Shown here piece after piece: positions 37,699 to 52,181 of a stretch of DNA of 64,000 nucleotides. This stretch comes from Lytechinus pictus (lineage: Eukaryota). How positions within the stretch are numbered: position 1 is the stretch's first letter; the number at the start of each line of letters is the position of its first letter. The notes beneath the pieces are model-generated. The model saw nothing but the letters and a program-made list of their open reading frames with translations. It made no database searches and was not told the origin of the DNA. Location: the NCBI RefSeq assembly GCF_037042905.1, contig NC_087250.1, positions 6,822,001-6,886,000 on the forward strand, read 5' to 3'. A program made the position numbers and the translations under genes.

Positions 37699-38943
37699 CA
37701 CGCCATTCATACTGTCCGGGGGGCGCGTTTCCGTTTTACACACTGGCGAAGGCAATCTTCGCAAAAATAGCTACAAAGCGACTAGTGAAGAGTCTATATA
37801 CATCACCATCGCACACAACATAGCCACTGAACTCCAGCACAGAGTTCAGTGGCTACACGTACACGCCCACAGCTCTTCATGTACAGAGATCAGAACAGTC
37901 ATGAAGCTTTTGCAGCTATAGTGGCGTTTGTACATACAAGGAGGAGAAAAATCTAGAATTCGGACAAGAGCATGTATAAGCAGTAATAATAATGATAAGA
38001 CAAGAATAATAACAATGGTACAAAACGAAGGAGAATCTACAGCATGTAGAAGTCCAGTCATTGTTTCCACTTAATTGTTTCATAATGATTCTAACCAGGG
38101 ATTCTAAACGATTAAAATATACTAGTTCGGCTACTCCTACTACCACCGATACTACTGTACTACTAAATAGTATATTTTAATTCATTGTTTAGAATCATGA
38201 AACAATTATATAAGTGGATAAATACATGCTGTAGATTCTCGGAGATTCTCCTGCTCGTTTTGTATTGATATTGTCTTATCATTATATGATAAGACAAGCA
38301 GTAATGATGATAAGACAAGAATAATAACACTGAATTAATTTTGGGTATTGCCCCGGGGGTATTGCCCGAATTGTAGGTTTTCACCTCCTGGTGAGTACAA
38401 ACGCCACTGCAAAAGCATGTTCGGATTTAATTCATGACAGTGCCGTGGCCGTTGTGGTGTGGGGAGAAACCAGTGACGTGTTTAGACTCTTCACTAGTCG
38501 CTTTGTAGCTATTTTTGCGGAGATTGCCTTCGCCAGGGTGTAAAACGGAAACGCGCGTCCGGGGGAAGGGGGAGAGAAATCTCATCTCTTTACGACCGAC
38601 CGTCAATATATCCCCAATGGCACTGGGGATGATTGGGCTAGGTCATTGGCATGGTTACGTAAGGCGCACCTGCACATGATAGCGCGGGAAATGCAATTAC
38701 TTGCAGCTAGCTACCCGAGCACTAGCACAATACTGAGCGGAAGCAGTTCTCTTGACACCACATTTCGCGCCTGCGCACTTATGATTAAAACAAGTGCGCG
38801 ATCTCGGATTACGAGACAAGGACGCCCTTCCTTCGAAAATACCCGTGGGATAGAATCGGGAGACGGGGGACAATCCTCCAGACCGTCCAGCCTGTCCATT
38901 TCCTGGGATGTCCCGGGTGACGGGGGACAGTCTGAACAGGGGG
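37699..38943. mobile_element. Nested insertion with internal ~75-bp inverted arms
   Basis: 37723-37797 is the reverse complement of ~38483-38556; ends share TTCA(T/G)ACTGTCC in inverted orientation; it interrupts a host CATGGACCCAT|ATTTT repeat. Confidence 0.6.
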
Positions 38944-41900
38944 CATATTTTTAATATGTTAATGCCTCTTAAATATATTCCTCTACAAATCTAGAGAGAG
39001 TATAATAAAAATTACATGGGTTTTGAATGTTAGGGAGCAAAACTACGAAACCATTCGCATTTTAGACGGTATTATTCGACTTTTGCACCTTTAGGCGCAT
39101 TTTCTGTGATTTTCAAGCCAACTTCCAACACTTGGGACACCAATATTTTAAAGACGAACACATGGACCCAATATTTTTTTTATATTTTAATGCATATTTT
39201 TCTATAAATCTAAAGAGTATTATGAAAATAATATGGATGTTGAATGTTTGGGGGCAAAATTACGGAACCATCCGCTTTTTAGACGGTATTATTAGACTTT
39301 TGCACGTTTTGGGCGCATTTTCGGCGACTTTCATGCCAACTCGCATCACATTTTTAACTTCCCTACACCATATGGAAAACTAGCGGACAGAATGTCCTCG
39401 CTGCACGCGCGCACCCTTATAACACGCAGAATTCCCTTGCATCATACCCTTTTTTCACAAACAAATGTGTATCAAGGACAAGCGTTGAGTCATATAGAAT
39501 CAGATGATTATAATATTTTTGTAATTCAACTGGTGGGAAATATGGCACTTTATTACATTAAAATCACTCAAAACCATCCATAGTTAGGAATATGTATTGG
39601 GATAATGGGTTTGGGGGGCATTTTTATAGTACCCGGTTGGATTATATCCGTCGTCACATCGGCGGGTGATGGTATCAAGAATTTCCGCCCAGATTATAAT
39701 AAAGGGCACGTTGTAAGGCAAATACTCATGAAAGAACCATGGAGATTGGTTAATAAGGAAATAGTGCACTTTTATCATCAAATCAGAGGAGATTTTCTAT
39801 GTGATAGTGATATCCGAAGAGCAAACCTACACTCGTGACGGGTCCATTATGTATACGAGGGGTACATCCTAGCTTACCACTGCATAGGTGAGTCTGAAAA
39901 TAAAGTTTTGCTTAATCCTTTCACTTCATAATGATGTTTTAACCGTTCAAACGACGATAATTTATGAAATTGACACAAAATATAGCGAATCAACGCTGAA
40001 ACAGTATTTGTGTATACATTTTATCCCTCTGTAATGCTATCTCCCCCATAAAGCCACAATGGAACATTCTACACCACTAGTCATACGATGATCGCGAAGT
40101 CTGCAAACGTCGTCTGCTATGTTTTTACATGTCCGGTACACTGTCATGACTGTATGCAAGTTTTCGATATGTTCATGCATTCCTTTACAATTTAGCCGAA
40201 TTTGAAGAAAATGGCATGGATTTTGAAAATAAGGCAGCTTACAAAACACTTTTTAATTTTTGATGACATTCACGTCTTTGAAGATTTGATTTTTCCTAGT
40301 TTTTGCATCATTCTTGCAAAATGAGGGCGCTGCTGACTCCAAATTCATATAGTTTTATCCCGAGTTTTGCCAATTAAAAGACTTTCTTTTACTTTGTTAC
40401 ATGTATATATCTTGAAAAATTGATGGAGTTCGATGCGGTATCCACTGAGTAAAGATGATTTAAACTCACTTGGTGAATTCGTGAGGTCTAAGAGAGGCAT
40501 GATTCTCTTGATTGCGCAAGATTACATATCATTCAAATACAGCGACTTTGAAGACCCATAGAAAAAAAATTAAGCACATGAACCTTAATTATTTTTTTGC
40601 ATTTTCATAATGCGTAGATACCAACGTTACTTTCTGCAAAATTTTGTGAAAATGACATGGACTTCATTTTAACTGTGGAACGTTCTTAAAGGATCCCCTT
40701 TGATCAAGTAAACTTGTATTAAAACTGAAAAATCAGATAATAAGATCATTGAACGTTTGGGAGCAATTAGACAAATATATAACGGCTGAGTCGAGCCCCC
40801 AAAAAAGTTGCTTTGAATAAAAAGAGAAATATCAAACATGCTTAACACTGAAAATTTCATCAAAGTCGGATGTTTAAAATAAGAAAGATATAATATTTTA
40901 AGGTTGAGATTAAGTTTACAAAACATCCTGGTCGGTATGCAAATGAGGGGACTGATGACATCATTTGCTCACTATTTCTTTGTATTTTATCACATAAAAT
41001 ATGAAATATTTCCATTTTCTCCTCATTGTCATAAGAAACAAACTTTTATTATGTCCTGATCATGTGGAATTACCATTTCTTAACATTTGTGGTTCAACCA
41101 AGAGGGTCCTAGTGTCAAATCTGTGAAAATGGAAATAGTGTATAATTCCAACAATACAAAAATGGTGAGTGACATCATTAACTCTCTCATTTGCATATCA
41201 CTGAGTTGTGCATATAACTGTTATATGAAAAAGAAGCGAAACTTAAAAATGCCATGTAACTTTCTTAATTTTTATCAGATTTTGATGAATTTTTCAATGT
41301 TTTTCTTGTTTGATTTTTTCTATTTAGTCAAAATCAACTTTTCCTGGGGTAGATCTGTGGTTATTGCTCCACTACAATGGGAACTCCGTGGCATTTCGCA
41401 GTGCCAGCGAATTTGTCCTGTTTGTAGGCTTTTTTACGTAAAGAAACCCTTCATGTCCGAGTTTGAACCCCCCCCCCCCCTCTGATGTTTTCGATTATTT
41501 CCATTGTCTATGTACACTGTACCACCGCATTCACGTAAGACGTACACGCTGTGTAATGAAAAGGACATGAAAATGACTCCTCCTCCCTAGCAACGCAGTC
41601 TAACACGCATGCCTACATGAATATCAAATCGTACGTTCCTCGATTTTCCTTTTTTTTTTAAATCGCAGTGGGGCACCCCAAGTTCCGAGAATATCATGGG
41701 CGTCCACTGGCGTATAGATGGGGGCGGCTTGGGGGTCATGCGCGCCCCGATGTTTCACGACCAAGAAAAAAAAAACAAGAAAGAAAATGAAACGTAATAA
41801 GGGTAAAATGGTCTATTATTTTCTTAATATTATGTCGAACTCTTTTTTTTTAATCGATTTCTGTATTAGAAATGTCAAAAAAATTGCTCGCTCGCTTCGC

Positions 41901-42284
41901 TCGCATCTTTTGCCATTTTTGGCTCATTTTGCCATTGTGAGCGTCAGACCAGTAGGCCTATGAATAATCCCAGCTTGCTTATCGCACTATTCAGTAAGAT
42001 ACGGAGCGTAAATAATTGGTTTTAATTTTAGTTGTTCCGTTTTCATAACCTATGAAAAAAAGTTTCAGCTTAGCTCCCCATAATTTAATTGGCGAGATAC
42101 GTATCCTTTTGATTAATTTCTGGAACGGATATCAAAATATTTTGAAATATTTTTAACAAATGAAAGGAAGGAATATAATATAATGAATTATAATACAAAT
42201 ACTACTACTACTACAGTGATGATGATAATGATCATAATAATGAAAATAGTAATGATAATAGTAGTAATAATAATAATGATCATC

Positions 42285-42610
42285 ATCTGGTTATCTATAA
42301 TGCGCTTAAGACATTGTATGTATCTAAGCGCTTAAATATTTATCACCCCGGTCATCATTCTAATCAGCTATTCCCGCACACAACGTATGCACATCCTCCA
42401 CTCCCTGGGGAATATTCCAGCCTGTCACCGACGAGGTGCACACAATGCAGGACAAGCTACAATGACTTTCACATCTTACAACACCTGGGTTGAATTTGAC
42501 AAAGTGTGGATTAACGACTTGCCAAAGGATGCTACACCGCGGTGGGATTCAAAAACACGACCATCTACGTACAAGCGAAGAGTCAGAACCACTACACCAC
42601 ACCACGACGC
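42285..42610 (-). mobile_element. tRNA-derived SINE (degenerate)
   Basis: Minus strand has GGTGTAGTGGTTC (A box), TTTGAATCCC (degenerate B box), TCAACCCAGGTG core, AAGCGCTTAGA...AAGCGCATTATA tail, then (ATT/ATC)n. Confidence 0.75.
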
Positions 42611-43007
42611 TTCACTTTAAACTTTTGTCGTTAGTTAGGACTAACCGTAAATGAATGATAATAAAAATCCACTTTTAGCGGATGATCGGCGAAAATGTGG
42701 ATGAAAATGTTTTTCCACCCCCCATACTATTGGCGAAAGCTTGGTCAACTCCTTGAATAGTTCACGATCACAAAATTTCCCTTTTCTGGTAAATTTATCA
42801 AAAGTATTCAATTAGCGCATCGCACTCTCATTTATTTTACGAGCCCCCCCCCCCCCCTCCCCCCCCCCCCCGAGATATCCTTCATGTTTACAAAAAAGGC
42901 GTATAAATGTTCCCTTTCCAGGTCAATAACAGCTCGCGCTTCGTGCTCACTTTATAAATTCAGTGAGATGCGTAATTGGTTTCATGAATTTGTAACTATA
43001 TTATTAC

Positions 43008-43700
43008 TAGTATACAAACATTTGCAGATCAGTTCGTTATCAATTGCGCAATACTGGTTTCATAAGAAAATATCTCACTCGCTCAGCTCAGCAACAGAGA
43101 AATCGGTGCATTCACTCATTTCTTCACGATTCGATTTTGGTAATAGCCTCCTTTACAACTCACCAGATTCTCAACTTGGAAAATTGCAAAGGTTGCAAAA
43201 TGCAGCTGCGCGTATTGTAACTCTATCTAGCAAGCGCAGCCACATCACCCCTATATTGAAAACTCTTCACTGGTTGCCCCTGAAGGAACACATAGTCTTT
43301 AAAATCCTTCTTTTGATTTTTCATATAGTCAATGGAACTTCCCCCAGTTACAATAGGTCTTTGATGCATCATTACCAACCCTCAAGAAATTTACGATCCT
43401 CATCATCTAATCTCTTACAAATTCCAGTTGCTAAGAAATCATGCGGGGAGCGGGCCTTTGCTCATGCAGGGCCTAGCCTGTGGAATTCTCTCCCAAATAG
43501 TTTGAAAACCCAGACTTCAGTGACCACCTTCAAGGGCAACCTGAAAACATACCCGTACAAAAATGTTTTTTGATAGACATTGACTTATTGTTCAGACATG
43601 TATTATATGTAAATAGTTTTGGTCTGCTCTAAAGCGCCTTGAGCATCTAATCAGGATGGAAAGTGCGCTATGTAAATCTTATGTATTATTATTATTATTA
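43008..43700 (+). mobile_element. L2-clade LINE, 5'-truncated 3' fragment
   Basis: Encodes SRFDFGNSLL...KLQRLQNAAARIV...SHITPILKTLHWLP...RAFAHAGPSLWNSLP, the typical L2 ORF2 C-terminus; 3' UTR ends AAGCGCCTTGAG...GCGCTATGTAAAT plus (TAT)n. Confidence 0.9.
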
Positions 43701-44804
43701 TATATATTATTGTCTTTTAAAGATGACATTATTTGTTTAGACGTTATGAGAGAGATACATACATATACTTTTATATTCATTTATTAAAATATGTTGATAT
43801 TGTCTCCATTGCACAAAATAGAAATAAAATACAACCGAAGTCTAGTTTTATAGTAACTCACCAGTAGCGTAATGAGCTAATAAAGAATGGTGGGGGCCAG
43901 ACAAGGATGACATTTATTTTCCTTTCCTTTATTCTTTTTGTTTTCATTGGTAGGAAAAATGGGGGATCCGTGACCCCTAGCACGCCCCTCCTCCATCTGT
44001 ACGCCAGTGATGATCATACTTTCGTTTGAAACAAATTGAAAGAAAAAAGATGGAAAGGTAGATAAGGCCTAAGACGTTATAGAAATTGATAAGAAAAAAT
44101 ACTAATAATTGTACAATAAATTAAGTGGTCGCCAATAAACACAAACTGTGTGAAAGAACAAAATAAGAGGGAGGGAGAGAGAGAGAGGGAGAAGGAGCCC
44201 GCGCGAATGTATGGTGTATAAGTTGCTGGAAAGCAGAAGAGATATTGTGTCCAGCACCCCCTCCCCCTCCCCCCCCCCCCCCCTTCCAAAAAAAAATTCT
44301 CTCCCCAATCAAGACCGGAGTAAAACCAATGATAATAATATAAGAACAAAAATCAAGATTCACAATTTCAATGGGGAATGTGTTATTCCGCTTCTCCTTT
44401 ATCAAGTGGGAGCGGTAGGGAGAACAAACATTTTTTTGAGCAGAAAGCAGAAAGCTGTGATGATAGGGAGAGAGTGAGAATAAATAAAACATTAACGAAT
44501 AACAAGAACAAAACAACAACAAAACAATTTGTATCAGGATAAAATTTCTTATCATTTAACATAGACCAACTTTGATAAATAAGATGTTCATGCAATTATC
44601 GTATAATGGGAGCACATCACGACGGAGCAATTGACGGCGGACTTGAAATTAGTTTTCATGCAAATGGGACAAAATCCATAAAAATTATGAATATAAAAGA
44701 ATCATATGAAAACAGATACTTTTTGTTACCTATTCTTTTATAACTCTTGAACATAGTGTAAGAGCTTCATGAAAGTAAACTTAGATTTGGGTGAAATAAA
44801 AGTT

Positions 44805-45205
44805 AAATTGCCAATTCGTCCACTCACCACATATTCTACACTCATTTAGTCTAATGCCATTCCATCCATCAACATTTCGTCTAACATCTGTTTTGTCCAA
44901 TAACCATTTGGTCCAATCATCACTTTGTCTTATCACCAGATCGTCTATTACTAGTTCGTCTAATAACCAGTTGGTCTAATATCCCGTTTATTTTCATTTG
45001 TTTTGCGCAATTACACAATGTAACACTTGTAATTTAATTAGACCAAATGGTATATGGACTAAATGGCTATTAGACCAATTGGTTATTAGACGGAATGGCA
45101 TTAGACTAAATGAAAGTAGACCATGAGGTGAGTGGACGAACTGACGGAAGACCAAATGATAATAGACGAGTTGGCAATTGGACGAATTGGCATTAGACGG
45201 ATAGG
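44805..45205. mobile_element. MITE-like fold-back of degenerate ~20-bp subrepeats
   Basis: AATTGCCAA/TTGGCAATT, TTCGTCCACTCACC/GGTGAGTGGACGAA and TAGTCTAATGCCATTCC/GGAATGGCATTAGACTA are inverted pairs. Confidence 0.7.
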
Positions 45206-45335
45206 AGTTAAACCAAATAAAATCTGATGATTCATGAACAATTAACAAAACTAAATTTAGTCCATTTTGCATGTAAACTCTTCATTTATTTGTATATATA
45301 TCACACTCCTCCACCTTTGTTGTGAGTGTGAATAG

Positions 45336-45387
45336 TTATCGGAGAGAATTATATACCTTTTCGTCCAAAGCGATTGAGGAATGGGAG
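45336..45387 (+). CDS. NLR gene: candidate micro-exon of LRR cassette 1 (YRRELYTFSSKAIEEWE)
   Basis: AG|52 nt|GTACAT; supplies the phase 2-to-0 link needed between 33429 and 48942 without a stop; weak similarity to the other micro-exons; poor polypyrimidine tract. Confidence 0.55.
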
Positions 45388-47103
45388 GTACATGTAGTCG
45401 CGTATAAGGACAGCCACTTCGTTGTTGTCTGCAGCAGAACTGTCGATGGTGCAAGGACCAAATAAACAATTACGAATAATGATATAAACATTGCTTTGTG
45501 TTGTTTTTACTTTTGTTTTTTTCAATTTGATATATGAATATGATAATGGTTCCACGCCCTTTCCTTAATATTCGTCAATTTAGACTACAATTAAGTGCGC
45601 AGTGACAGGCCTACTACTGGTGGGGCTTGAGAGTGATGTCACTCTCCTCCAAGTTTATCTTTGTTTTGCTTTGTTTTGCTTTGTTTGCTTTTTCTTGTTC
45701 ATTTTCGTTGAAAAAAATTTGGTTTAATTTTTGAATAAAAAAATGATAAAGAATACATTGTAGATATCAAAAATCAAATTTTACTTTAAAATAAATGATA
45801 TAAAACCGAGTTTATATAATTATTTGTACGCTCTGCTTCTTTGCTGGATCATGGCGACCCATTTCCACCCTTGCCTTGGTCACGTTAAAAAGCACTTCAT
45901 ATGAAAGTTGAGATTCGGGCGGAAATCGTGATACCCCACTTGTCCCGGCTCAAAAATAACAAACATGATGAAAGACTGCTCCAAAGTTAACGATTTTTTT
46001 CCGGAAAAATAGTATTTTTCGATGTTCAGCTTGCACTCGCCGCGTCACGTGACTTTCGCAAAAAGGTGAATTTTCCATCGGAAATCGCCTCTGGCTGCTC
46101 CAACTTTTAGCGTGCACTGATTAATTGTAGTCCCTTATACAAAAAGAACGTTATGTTCGGTGTCAAGCAAATGAAATTGGGTTTTTATTAAATTCGCATT
46201 TCACAATCAAGTCCACAAGCTCTTTTAACTTTCTTTGTTCAAGTTTGTATTCATTATTATAGATCCATGTCAGCAAACCTATTTCTTTTTAAATCGAGTT
46301 ATTAATACTAATTCTGAACCAAAAGTTGGGTTTATCTCGATAAACTCGCCTTGTTGAATGTTAGAAATCAAATCTCTGACAACCTGAGTTGAGCTGAGTA
46401 GACGTAATGTTGGGCTATGAATTCTAACCAGTAATTGACTGTGATTCTAACGTTAGTATAGTATGGCAGTGAGTCCCAAAAAACTCCGCGCGTGCCCATA
46501 ATTCGCGGACGGTCATTATGACAAAAAATAATGTTACAGCATTTTTTATAAGTGCATTTTTTTCTGATATAATAATCTCAAGTCACCACACAAGACCATG
46601 CCATGACTTACAGTGGATAATATGAAGGATTTTGATCACACGCCTCATGTCTTCCTTTCCACATTGGCTGAATCTGCATAGTAACAGTATGTGTGTGTCG
46701 AGGGTATATGTACGCTATCTAATTCTAACAAAGGGACATGCAGGCGTACTCGTTTTTTTAAGTACAATTTGATTTTTACATCTGCGATGTATTCTTTACC
46801 ATGTATTTTTTTTACTTGACAAATAAACATTTTTTTAACCGAAAAAGAAAGAAAAAAAACCAAAAAACAATAGGAGAAACTTGGAGCGGACGAAAACGGA
46901 TGGAGCCACCCATATTTTTTTCTTGTCCGCTGTATCCGTTATGAGTACTTTTTGTGTCCGTCGTCCAGTGGGACCGTCCTTGACCCAAGATGAAGTTTCC
47001 CCTACTATGTTGAAATTCAGAAGAAAAACCAGGACGCGCGCAGTAGCGGTCCATGCTGCGTCGAAACGGTTCGGGCTACGTTCTGACTACATTGCCCGAC
47101 TTT

Positions 47104-47441
47104 TACCGTGTTTACACTTAATCGGCATTTGGTTCTGAACCAAATGCCAATGCAGAATCGGCATTTGGATTGCGTTTACACGTTGTTACAACTGGCGGTT
47201 CAGAACCGCGAGCCGATGAAAAACCTAAAATGATACGCATACCTACAATATACGTCATAATAAAGACAACGCTGGATCAGTGCACTTACAATTACGTCAC
47301 AATGGTAAAGTAATTGAAATGCGCACAAATTGCCGGAGCAGAATCGGCTTTCTGTTTACACGTTGTAAAAAGCCGATTCTGCATCGGCTCGCGGTTCAGA
47401 ACCACGAGCCATTCAAATGCCGATTAAGTGTAAACACGGTA
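47104..47441. mobile_element. PIF/Harbinger-like MITE
   Basis: Perfect 28-bp TIR TACCGTGTTTACACTTAATCGGCATTTG; TTT on both flanks (3-bp TSD). Confidence 0.8.
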
Positions 47442-48941
47442 TTTCTGTACCTTTGTCTTTTTTGGCGTACGCCAAAAGGTTGTGCGTGATGGCCGCGTAG
47501 TGGTCGCGAAGTGGCAGTACAGTAGACGTGGACAGAGTTGTTACCAAGTTCTTTCGGTGTCTGCTACGTCTATCGAGCTGTTTGTAGGTCTTTACTGCGT
47601 AATTGGAGCATTCAGATGGTGCTCCCGCTACGTTGACTTTGGACATGTTCAAAGTCCACGTGGCGGAAACTTGGTCTCCAGAGATCATGCAGACTATGCC
47701 AGGTCAAAAACAGTGACTCGCTACGCTCTCAGTGCGCTGAAGCAGTTTCCACTACGTCATGGCCTTTTTTTCTTAGACGCAGCGAAAACTGCATGGACGT
47801 AGCGTTGGTGTAATGGGGTATCAGTTGGCGCTACCTCCAAATAGACGAAGGTACAACAAGTGGCGTAATCTGATAAGTGTACTCAGAACGTAATGGGAAC
47901 TGTTTCAATACCTCATGGGCCGCTTCTGCACTCAGAATCAATATCGCACACGCAGCAGAAACTTCAAAATAACGTGACGGTGACGTGGCATGTACGTGAA
48001 AATTCCACATCTTTCTAGAAAATCAAATGAATTAGGCGTCACGTCCTTGGTTTTTGTGAATTCTAACAACGTAGCGAGTACTTCCTCTGGTGCAGAGGGG
48101 GCATTATTAAAGCTTATCGCTTTTGGCTTTAGAATATTGTATTTTTTTTCAAATAAAGGAATCATATTAATACGAATCCTCAACATCCTTTCCTTCCTCC
48201 CTTTACCTAGTCATGATAATAAATTTCCAAGTGATTTTTTTTTATTATTTCACTTTTTGCTTTCAAACTCTGCCAAAAGTACAAGTGCCAATGATTTTGT
48301 TTTTCTTTCCTTTTTAATATAGCCCACTTGCTTCAACGCATCTTGTCGGTTGTGTAAGTATGCTTTGACTGCCAAGACTATCTACACCAAAAGGTTACTG
48401 TTAATAACCATATGAAAACAAAATTTCAAAAACACCTCACCAGAAAGTTATAGTTGGTCTTATTTAAAATGCCAAAGTATGAACAAGGGGTGGGAGTACT
48501 GAGACAGGACTATGGGGGCCTTGTTGCTATCTGGCAAGGTGAAAAGTGTAGGCCTACTCGGGGGCGGTTATAGACCCAGAGTCTTGGTAGGGCTTCTGGA
48601 GGCTTGAACTGTAATTGTCGATGTTGGTTAATGAAATGGAGATGGTCAATCGTTAACCCCATACCTGTACGTGGATACCATATTGATGTGACTAAGCAGG
48701 TAATCCCCGGCCTCCTGGCCCAAATATATATATAAATATTAAACGGGGACAGGGGGGGGGGGGTAGCGATCGAGAAAAGAAACATATGTAAATGTACCAC
48801 TCATTTTGACAATACCAGAAGGATTTCCATCAATAAATTGTACATAATAATTACGTGTGTAATACCTTTCATTATTCATTTAATTTCATATTAGCTGTAC
48901 TATCATTTCCATAATTTTCCTTTTCATTTTGTCATCTTTAG

Positions 48942-49432
48942 ATAAGTAAATATAAGCTTTCTGAAGAGACGACTACCAGGTTGTGGTCCTGTCTGAGATC
49001 CTTCAACTCACTGAGCCGTCTATGCATCTCAGACTCATTTCTCAGTTTCCCTTCATCTTCGATTGAGCTTTCATCAGTCACAAAGCTATCAGCTGAGAAA
49101 GTGACGTCACGATGCTATAAAGATCTGATCTCATCTCTCCCTGGTTTGGTAAATATCGATATCACTATGGATGATGCAGAGGGAGACATACATCCGATTA
49201 CGGCCGTTCTTCGTCGAACAGGAGGACAGAGACTCGATCGGATCATTCTTCGCGGCATTCCGCTGCCACTCCGGACACGGAATGTGGTAAGACCGGGTCT
49301 GCTGTTCAAAAAACACATCGACGACACGACAATTCTTAAATTGGACGGATCTGGAGAAATGAATAAAGTATGTTGTGTTGAACTCATCGAGTCGTTGGCA
49401 TTTTTGGCATCATTGGCTTATCTACAACTAGA
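48942..49432 (+). CDS. NLR gene exon: LRR cassette 2, large exon
   Basis: Acceptor CATCTTTAG|; ISKYKLSEETTTRLWSCLRSFNSLSRLCISDS...; donor GA|GTGAGT, phase 2. Confidence 0.9.
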
Positions 49433-49862
49433 GTGAGTTGTTATTTTCAAGACAATAAAAACAACCAAATTTAATGCTGTACATTCCAACCATCTTATTT
49501 CCAGGTGGTAGGAAAACGAATAATGATTTTTAAGTAAATGGGAGAATAAATTAACATTTAGTCAGCTATTCAGAATAAGCAAATTATAAAATTGTTATGT
49601 CATTCGGTGTCATCATCACGATTGAAACGTTTGACCACAATGTTTTAATGAGGTTTGAATTTGAGGGTCAACGGGCCATCTTTTCCCTTCATATTATGCA
49701 TGTTATGGGATCTCTTAAAATGTAATTCTTTGACATGGGGATCGACATTCCGTAAGTACAATTAAAACGGCTTTAAACGTTATAGGGATATCGTTAAGTT
49801 TCCGACGGCAGATGCTGTCATCATAATGTTGTCATCAATCGCCATTTCCCTTTAATTTATAG

Positions 49863-49911
49863 ATTTCTCGATGGCTGGTCTTTCAACTTCAAAACAACTT
49901 TTGGTGTTGAG
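49863..49911 (+). CDS. NLR gene micro-exon, cassette 2 (FLDGWSFNFKTTFGVE)
   Basis: TTTATAG|49 nt|GTGAGC; phase 2 to 0; homologous to the micro-exons at 57516 and 62630. Confidence 0.85.
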
Positions 49912-50526
49912 GTGAGCATGGGTTGTGTCTAATCGAAAAAGTATGGTTTCACTAACAAATGAAGGCCATTTCACAAGTAAACAAACAAAATCCCTATAGA
50001 ATGGAGGTAATTGGGGTCGGCTCCTAAATGTGGGTCATCATTTTTTTTTTACTTGGCAGTCCAAGGGGGGGTGTGAATCATCTCAACCCCCACCCCCGTA
50101 GATCCGCCAATGGTAAACTAACCTATCGTATGATTCTACTCTGAACGTTCTTCACGACCTTTGCTTTTGACGCAAAACTTTTTTTGTATCAGCTTTTCGG
50201 AAGTTCATATTTTAAGATAACATTTTCTAAGAACGTAGTTATCTTTAATTAGACTCGTGAATGCGGTTGGAATACCCCAATGATATACAATAGCATCACT
50301 CGAATTTCCTTTGCCCTCACACAATTTACCCTTTCTCTCATATATAAGTCACATGTCATACGGGATCAAGGTATACCTACTACGCTTTTTTCATCAACTA
50401 TTATACATAATGTAATATTTTTATACATTGTTTTATTTATTCATTTATATTTTTCGATTCATTCACTGTAAAGAGTGATTAACATGCAATGATGTTTTTA
50501 TATTAGTACTCGGTGCCAAGCGTTAA

Positions 50527-51028
50527 AAGGGGTAGTTTACCCTGAAAATTTGTTTATTGTAAAATAGTAGAAGAAATAAACAAAGAATATTGCCGAATGT
50601 TTTTGATAAATTAATCAAATAAATTAGTTTTTCGAATTTTGACATTTTTGTTGTTTGTAATGCCATATGCGAGCAGCATTTATACAAAGCAAATGGTAAA
50701 AATCAATGAAAAATCATTTACAAGAAAAAAATTAAAAGGGATTTCACTTTACCTCTTGTACATCAATAGACAAATTATTTCACTCCCAATAATGACAAAT
50801 ATAACAAAAATAAGCTATCAGAAACCATTAAAAATGAAACTCATGCATTTTATATCATATACATAACATATGGGTAGCTGCTAGTTTATGACGTCAAAAA
50901 TCCAAATAAAAAAAATTTAATAACTTTCTTTATCTTTAATGGATTTCCTCCAAAGCTTCACCGATATTTTTTTTTTTTGGGGGGGGGTATTTTTACAGAA
51001 GACTTTTCTTCAGGGCGAACTTCCACTT
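50527..51028. mobile_element. Kolobok-like MITE (degenerate)
   Basis: TTAA-AAGGGGTAGTTTACCCTGAA at left; TTCAGGGCGAACTTCCACTT at right in inverted orientation; right TSD mutated. Confidence 0.55.
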
Positions 51029-52181
51029 TGAATAGCCATCACACTAACAAAACAGACATAGACTATCTATAACTAACGAAATGGCAAAATCATCAATCAC
51101 AAAAAGTTAGCAAGCTGATATTGATAAGAAAATTATAATATTTTATTAGAAGAGTAGTACGACGTACTATATAATTCCAAATGCAAAACTAAGAAAGAAA
51201 TAAAAGGAGTCTCTAGATTATGATTGAATGGAGAGCATATTTCCTCGAAATAAGATATTTAATTTTCTCCCCAATTTCCAGAAAAAAAAATCAAACATAT
51301 CTATCATGAAGTTTTTTGTTTCAAATCTTACCCAATAAAAAACCTGCCAGCCCAAATTCGAGTGTTTTTCGCCAATAATGAATAGTCAGTCTTCAATCAA
51401 AAGTGAAAAAAATATTTCATAAGCTTTAAGTTGATATATAACAATTTAATTTGGTTGTCAATATCCCACACAAAGACAATAGGGAGAAAATAAGTTTGAG
51501 CCTAACGTAACTATGCTCATTTGCGAGCTTTAATTCTTGGATGGGGCGGATCGCTCGATGTCAAATAAAATTTGGACCAGGGTAGAGGATGACATAGTCT
51601 ACACCGTCGCATAGGTGCTTTCCACTAAATTTATCATTGTATAACATGTGTTATATTTTATTTCATATGAATACGTTATGCTAATATATTCATAAAAAGG
51701 CACACCATTGCTCTAATCCATTAACTAAAGATCCGACAAGGCAATTTCTTATGACAGTATTCTGTATCTTATAGCATTAGTAACATATGTAAAATAAAAA
51801 CAAAACCGTTACCACATTCAATTTCATTTGCATTTTATCTAATGAAAATATTATTTAATTCTTTGTTTTTGTTCTTTTCATATTAATTGTTGTCCAATAA
51901 ATATCGTACGTTACTTTATTTTTGGCCATAATTCAATAGCATCGAATTTTAAAGACTGCTCTTAATAATTTGCTTTAACAGTTATGTCTAGAGATTCAAT
52001 GTTAGATATGATTGTTGTTTATTTACTTTAGCTATATGTACCACTATATTTGTTAATACATTTAGGATTTTCTCCTTTACGTTTTAAATAATAGTTCCGT
52101 TTGAAAATCATTTCGATATTCATTTGATTTAATATAGCTTTATTTTCATACACACAAATTCGTTTTCATTTTCTTTTTCAG

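Larger units (their letters stand above)
36064..40685. mobile_element. 4.6-kb Kolobok-like non-autonomous element
   Basis: TTAA flanks (36060-36063, 40686-40689); TIR GGACGTTCCAGAGTTA vs GAACGTTCCACAGTTA (14/16); internal degenerate direct repeats with GAAAATGACATGG and AAGCACATGGACCC motifs. Confidence 0.7.

Noticed and set aside
39844..39887. Missing NLR micro-exon ending at the strong GTGAGT donor
   Set aside because: The phase-0 frame contains two TAG stops and the site lies inside a transposon; 45336-45387 fits better.
34118..44645. One 10.5-kb element bounded by inverted TGCTCCG/CGGAGCA repeats
   Set aside because: The right-hand match is only about two degenerate units and no TSD was found.
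47938..48420. Possible degraded coding relic on the minus strand (MLRIRINMIPLFEKK...)
   Set aside because: No recognisable motif and stops upstream; would need BLASTX.
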